Of a stretch of DNA of 64,000 nt, positions 61,655-64,000 are shown in pieces. Origin of the DNA: Candidatus Woesebacteria bacterium. GTDB lineage: Bacteria > Patescibacteriota > Microgenomatia > UBA8517. Under the pieces are notes generated by a model. It did no database searches and was not told where the DNA came from. It worked only from the letters and a program-made list of their open reading frames with translations. The stretch spans positions 749,304-813,303 of the forward strand of contig CP055307.1 in assembly GCA_013374835.1 (NCBI GenBank), read 5' to 3'. How positions within the stretch are numbered: position 1 is the stretch's first letter; each line of letters begins with the position of its first letter. The position numbers were made by a program, and so were the translations under genes.

Positions 61655-61939
61655 TTATACTACAGTGGCAGGATTGCTTATGGTGCAGGAACCAGTCCAT
61701 GTTTGACATCCACTTGTATTGGGCATGATTCCACAATCAGGATATACTCCACATCCTCTGTTTTGGGAATTTCTACAATTTACGTATCTTCCATTTATCA
61801 AGTCACAATTCCAATAACAGGTAAATCCCGGACCCGTACACGTTTGGGCTCTTACGGTGCTGGAGAAAATTAAAACAAATAAAAAGCTTAACGAGGCTAT
61901 AAGCACAAAGCGAGGTTTAAAGAATGATATTTTTGGCAT
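61655..61939 (-). CDS. Short secreted Cys-rich protein, an alternative N-terminal tip of the 57230-59562 protein
   Basis: Signal peptide plus AQTCTGPGFTCY...GCGVYPDCGIMPNTSGCQTWTGSCTISNPAT, then VV*. Confidence 0.75.
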   Translation of the reverse strand: MPKISFFKPRFVLIASLSFLFVLIFSSTVRAQTCTGPGFTCYWNCDLINGRYVNCRNSQNRGCGVYPDCGIMPNTSGCQTWTGSCTISNPATVV

Positions 61940-62019
61940 GTTTTTATTAATATTTTACCTCTATGTACCAACCTAATATAAATATACTAAAGTTTTAGTA
62001 TAAAAGTAAAATGAAGTTA

Positions 62020-63942
62020 TTAATTTAAGGCTAGTAAAACCCGTTCCCTAATTACGTCAATTCCAATGCCTGTTTGTCTATAATATGGTGATGTTTTTCC
62101 TGGACCTAAAACATATGACATTACACTTTCCACAGAGCTACTAAATCTACCAAGGTGTCTTTCAGAAAATTTTACAAAATTTCCATGTTCGTTATAGTGT
62201 AAAGATATCAAAATTAAAATAAAATTTTCGGAGAGTGCACTTTCAACCATTTCATTGCCCAATTGTCCTTTAACTGTACAGAGAATTCTCCCGAATGCGA
62301 AGTCTTGATCTTTAAAATACTGGTATTTATATCCAGTTTGTACTTGATCTTGATAAACTGATGTTGGCGTATATACATCTGTATAATTGTCTGAACCAAT
62401 CTGAATATATAGTTTAAAATTTTTATCAACCGTTCTAAATCCAAATTTATAGTTTGATATACCTTCTGCTAAAAGCCTATACACTTCTGGATTGTTGCTA
62501 AAAATTAATGTCGATATATCAGGATAATCATATATCTTTCTGTCCTTCAAATTTTTAGGGTTACCTTGAAGTATAATTTCATATCCTCCCATTTCATCTG
62601 GCACGAACTTGCGTCCCATCTCTGTCACCCAACCACTTTCTATATCCTTCCCCATTCCCGGCCTCCAGACGAATGTTTTTCCATCTATAAGCTTTACATA
62701 TCCTCTTAGTTCATGGGAGTATCTTCCTTCTGCTTCATCTATTACTTCTTGGGGTGTGTATTCTGTTACTGTTTCTTTTGTTTGCCTGTATTCTTCTTCT
62801 GTTATTCCATATCTTTCCCATGGTTTATCTCCAAAATCAAAGTAGTTTATTTCATCAATGCTTCTAAAAATTGACTCCCTTGGTATTTGAGGCCCGGCTG
62901 CTACATTTACAGTATCTGGATTTTTTACATCTAAGGCACTCCAGCCATACCGCCCATCGCTATACTGGACTAAGTACCATGTATATCCATTGGCTTGCGT
63001 TACAAGAGCTTCATCTTCTTTATATATGCCCACAGAAACGTCTCTGGGATCTACGTTTCCAGGTAACTCTGGGGGTAGTGCTGTGGGTGTAACTATTGAT
63101 GTATTGGCATCCAAGATTTGTGTTATTATGTTTTGATCATTTGACGGATTTGGTTCGCTTCGGACGTTAAGCTCAACCTGGCCAACAAATACTTTTTTTG
63201 TCAAAGATACGGCTTCTCCTTCAGTGATTATCTGGACAATATTTCCTTCTCTGTCCAATTCCGCCATTATCCAAGAACCGGCTCCTTTGGTTATTAGTTC
63301 CCCATATCCGAGTTCTTGGTATCTTGCTTTTAACTGGGAATCTGTATATTCATCAAGTTTTATGATTTTAATTTCTGATCCGGGAAGATAGTTGGATTGT
63401 TCAATAAAATGCAAACCAAAATCTTCATCTTTGTTTTTCCTTATGATAACAGGGCTGCCGGCACGCACATCTCTCTCCCCCCACTTGAAATTGCTTTTTG
63501 CCCTCATTATCACAGCAGCTTCTTTTGGAGGGTTTACACCGTCATAATCAAAGAGTATTTCCAGTCCTAAATCAGCACCTTCTTCACGCAGGTCGTTTAT
63601 CCAACCTAGTGCATAATCAACCTGTTCTTTTAAGCCTTGAGTTTCAAAATGAATTTCGGGAGTTAAATACCCATTTAGATTTTCCTTGAGTTTAAGTTCT
63701 CTGAAAGTAAGCGAAGGCTCTATTGGTCTATTATACTCAAGCTCTATCAATTTGGCGGCATCAGTTTCTGTAAGATTAAATTTCTCAACCGATGCCAGAA
63801 ACTGAATCTTGGATTGCCTTTCTTTTGTTTCCAAATCAGGAAGCGCAGTCATAATAAGTGCCAAGTCCGCACCCAATTCCAAGACTTGGCGCCTAGTTAG
63901 ATTTATATCAAGCACCTTCTCAACAAAATTATCAGGTGTCAT
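62020..63942 (-). CDS. SH3b-domain protein, paralog B
   Basis: LNVRSEPN...NGYTWYLVQYSDGRYGWSA; N-terminal LTRRQVL. Confidence 0.75.
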   Translation of the reverse strand: MTPDNFVEKVLDINLTRRQVLELGADLALIMTALPDLETKERQSKIQFLASVEKFNLTETDAAKLIELEYNRPIEPSLTFRELKLKENLNGYLTPEIHFETQGLKEQVDYALGWINDLREEGADLGLEILFDYDGVNPPKEAAVIMRAKSNFKWGERDVRAGSPVIIRKNKDEDFGLHFIEQSNYLPGSEIKIIKLDEYTDSQLKARYQELGYGELITKGAGSWIMAELDREGNIVQIITEGEAVSLTKKVFVGQVELNVRSEPNPSNDQNIITQILDANTSIVTPTALPPELPGNVDPRDVSVGIYKEDEALVTQANGYTWYLVQYSDGRYGWSALDVKNPDTVNVAAGPQIPRESIFRSIDEINYFDFGDKPWERYGITEEEYRQTKETVTEYTPQEVIDEAEGRYSHELRGYVKLIDGKTFVWRPGMGKDIESGWVTEMGRKFVPDEMGGYEIILQGNPKNLKDRKIYDYPDISTLIFSNNPEVYRLLAEGISNYKFGFRTVDKNFKLYIQIGSDNYTDVYTPTSVYQDQVQTGYKYQYFKDQDFAFGRILCTVKGQLGNEMVESALSENFILILISLHYNEHGNFVKFSERHLGRFSSSVESVMSYVLGPGKTSPYYRQTGIGIDVIRERVLLALN

Positions 63943-64000
63943 GTTATCCTATAATACCATAAATGAGTAAGATTTCCCAGTATAAACCTAAACCCACTTT

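Noticed and set aside
59264-61768. DGR template/variable repeat pair
   Set aside because: Mismatches are not confined to adenines (CAA vs GAT, ACA vs TAC) and there is no reverse transcriptase in the window.
1577-63689. Numerous short antisense or alternate-frame ORFs in the track (e.g. 1577-1867, 5577-5957, 21908-22279, 58580-58855)
   Set aside because: They overlap well-supported genes and have no motifs; they are codon-bias shadows.

Overview
Low-GC bacterial chromosome segment using the standard code (TGA is a stop). Gene content and style (compact housekeeping genes, a large type IV pilus cluster, a short RF1, -10 boxes close to start codons) point to a Patescibacteria/CPR organism, probably Microgenomates; this is inference. 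Positions 1-49.6 kb are mostly core genes: recG, nusB, rnc, rpsP, the pilB/T/C/D/M/N/O cluster with about 8 prepilins, gyrB, gyrA, a Xer recombinase beside a dif-like palindrome, efp, tRNA-Leu, dnaB, hisS, rpmE, a truncated prfA, rpsR-ssb-rpsF and ychF. Positions 49.6-64 kb are accessory and hold the most unusual structure. (i) A 3.76 kb insert is bounded by a 142-bp direct repeat made of the ychF promoter, an 18-codon leader ORF and the first ychF codons. It carries a 2H phosphoesterase, a DHH phosphoesterase, a frameshifted divergent second TyrRS and gene fragments. (ii) A tandem array of ~2.4 kb units [SH3b protein + Cys-rich secreted N-terminal tip] lies upstream of a large surface protein; short near-identical DNA anchors separate strongly divergent segments. 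Both gyrase genes have a promoter followed by a hairpin and T-run in the 5' leader. All calls come from motif recognition and manual alignment; no database searches were run.
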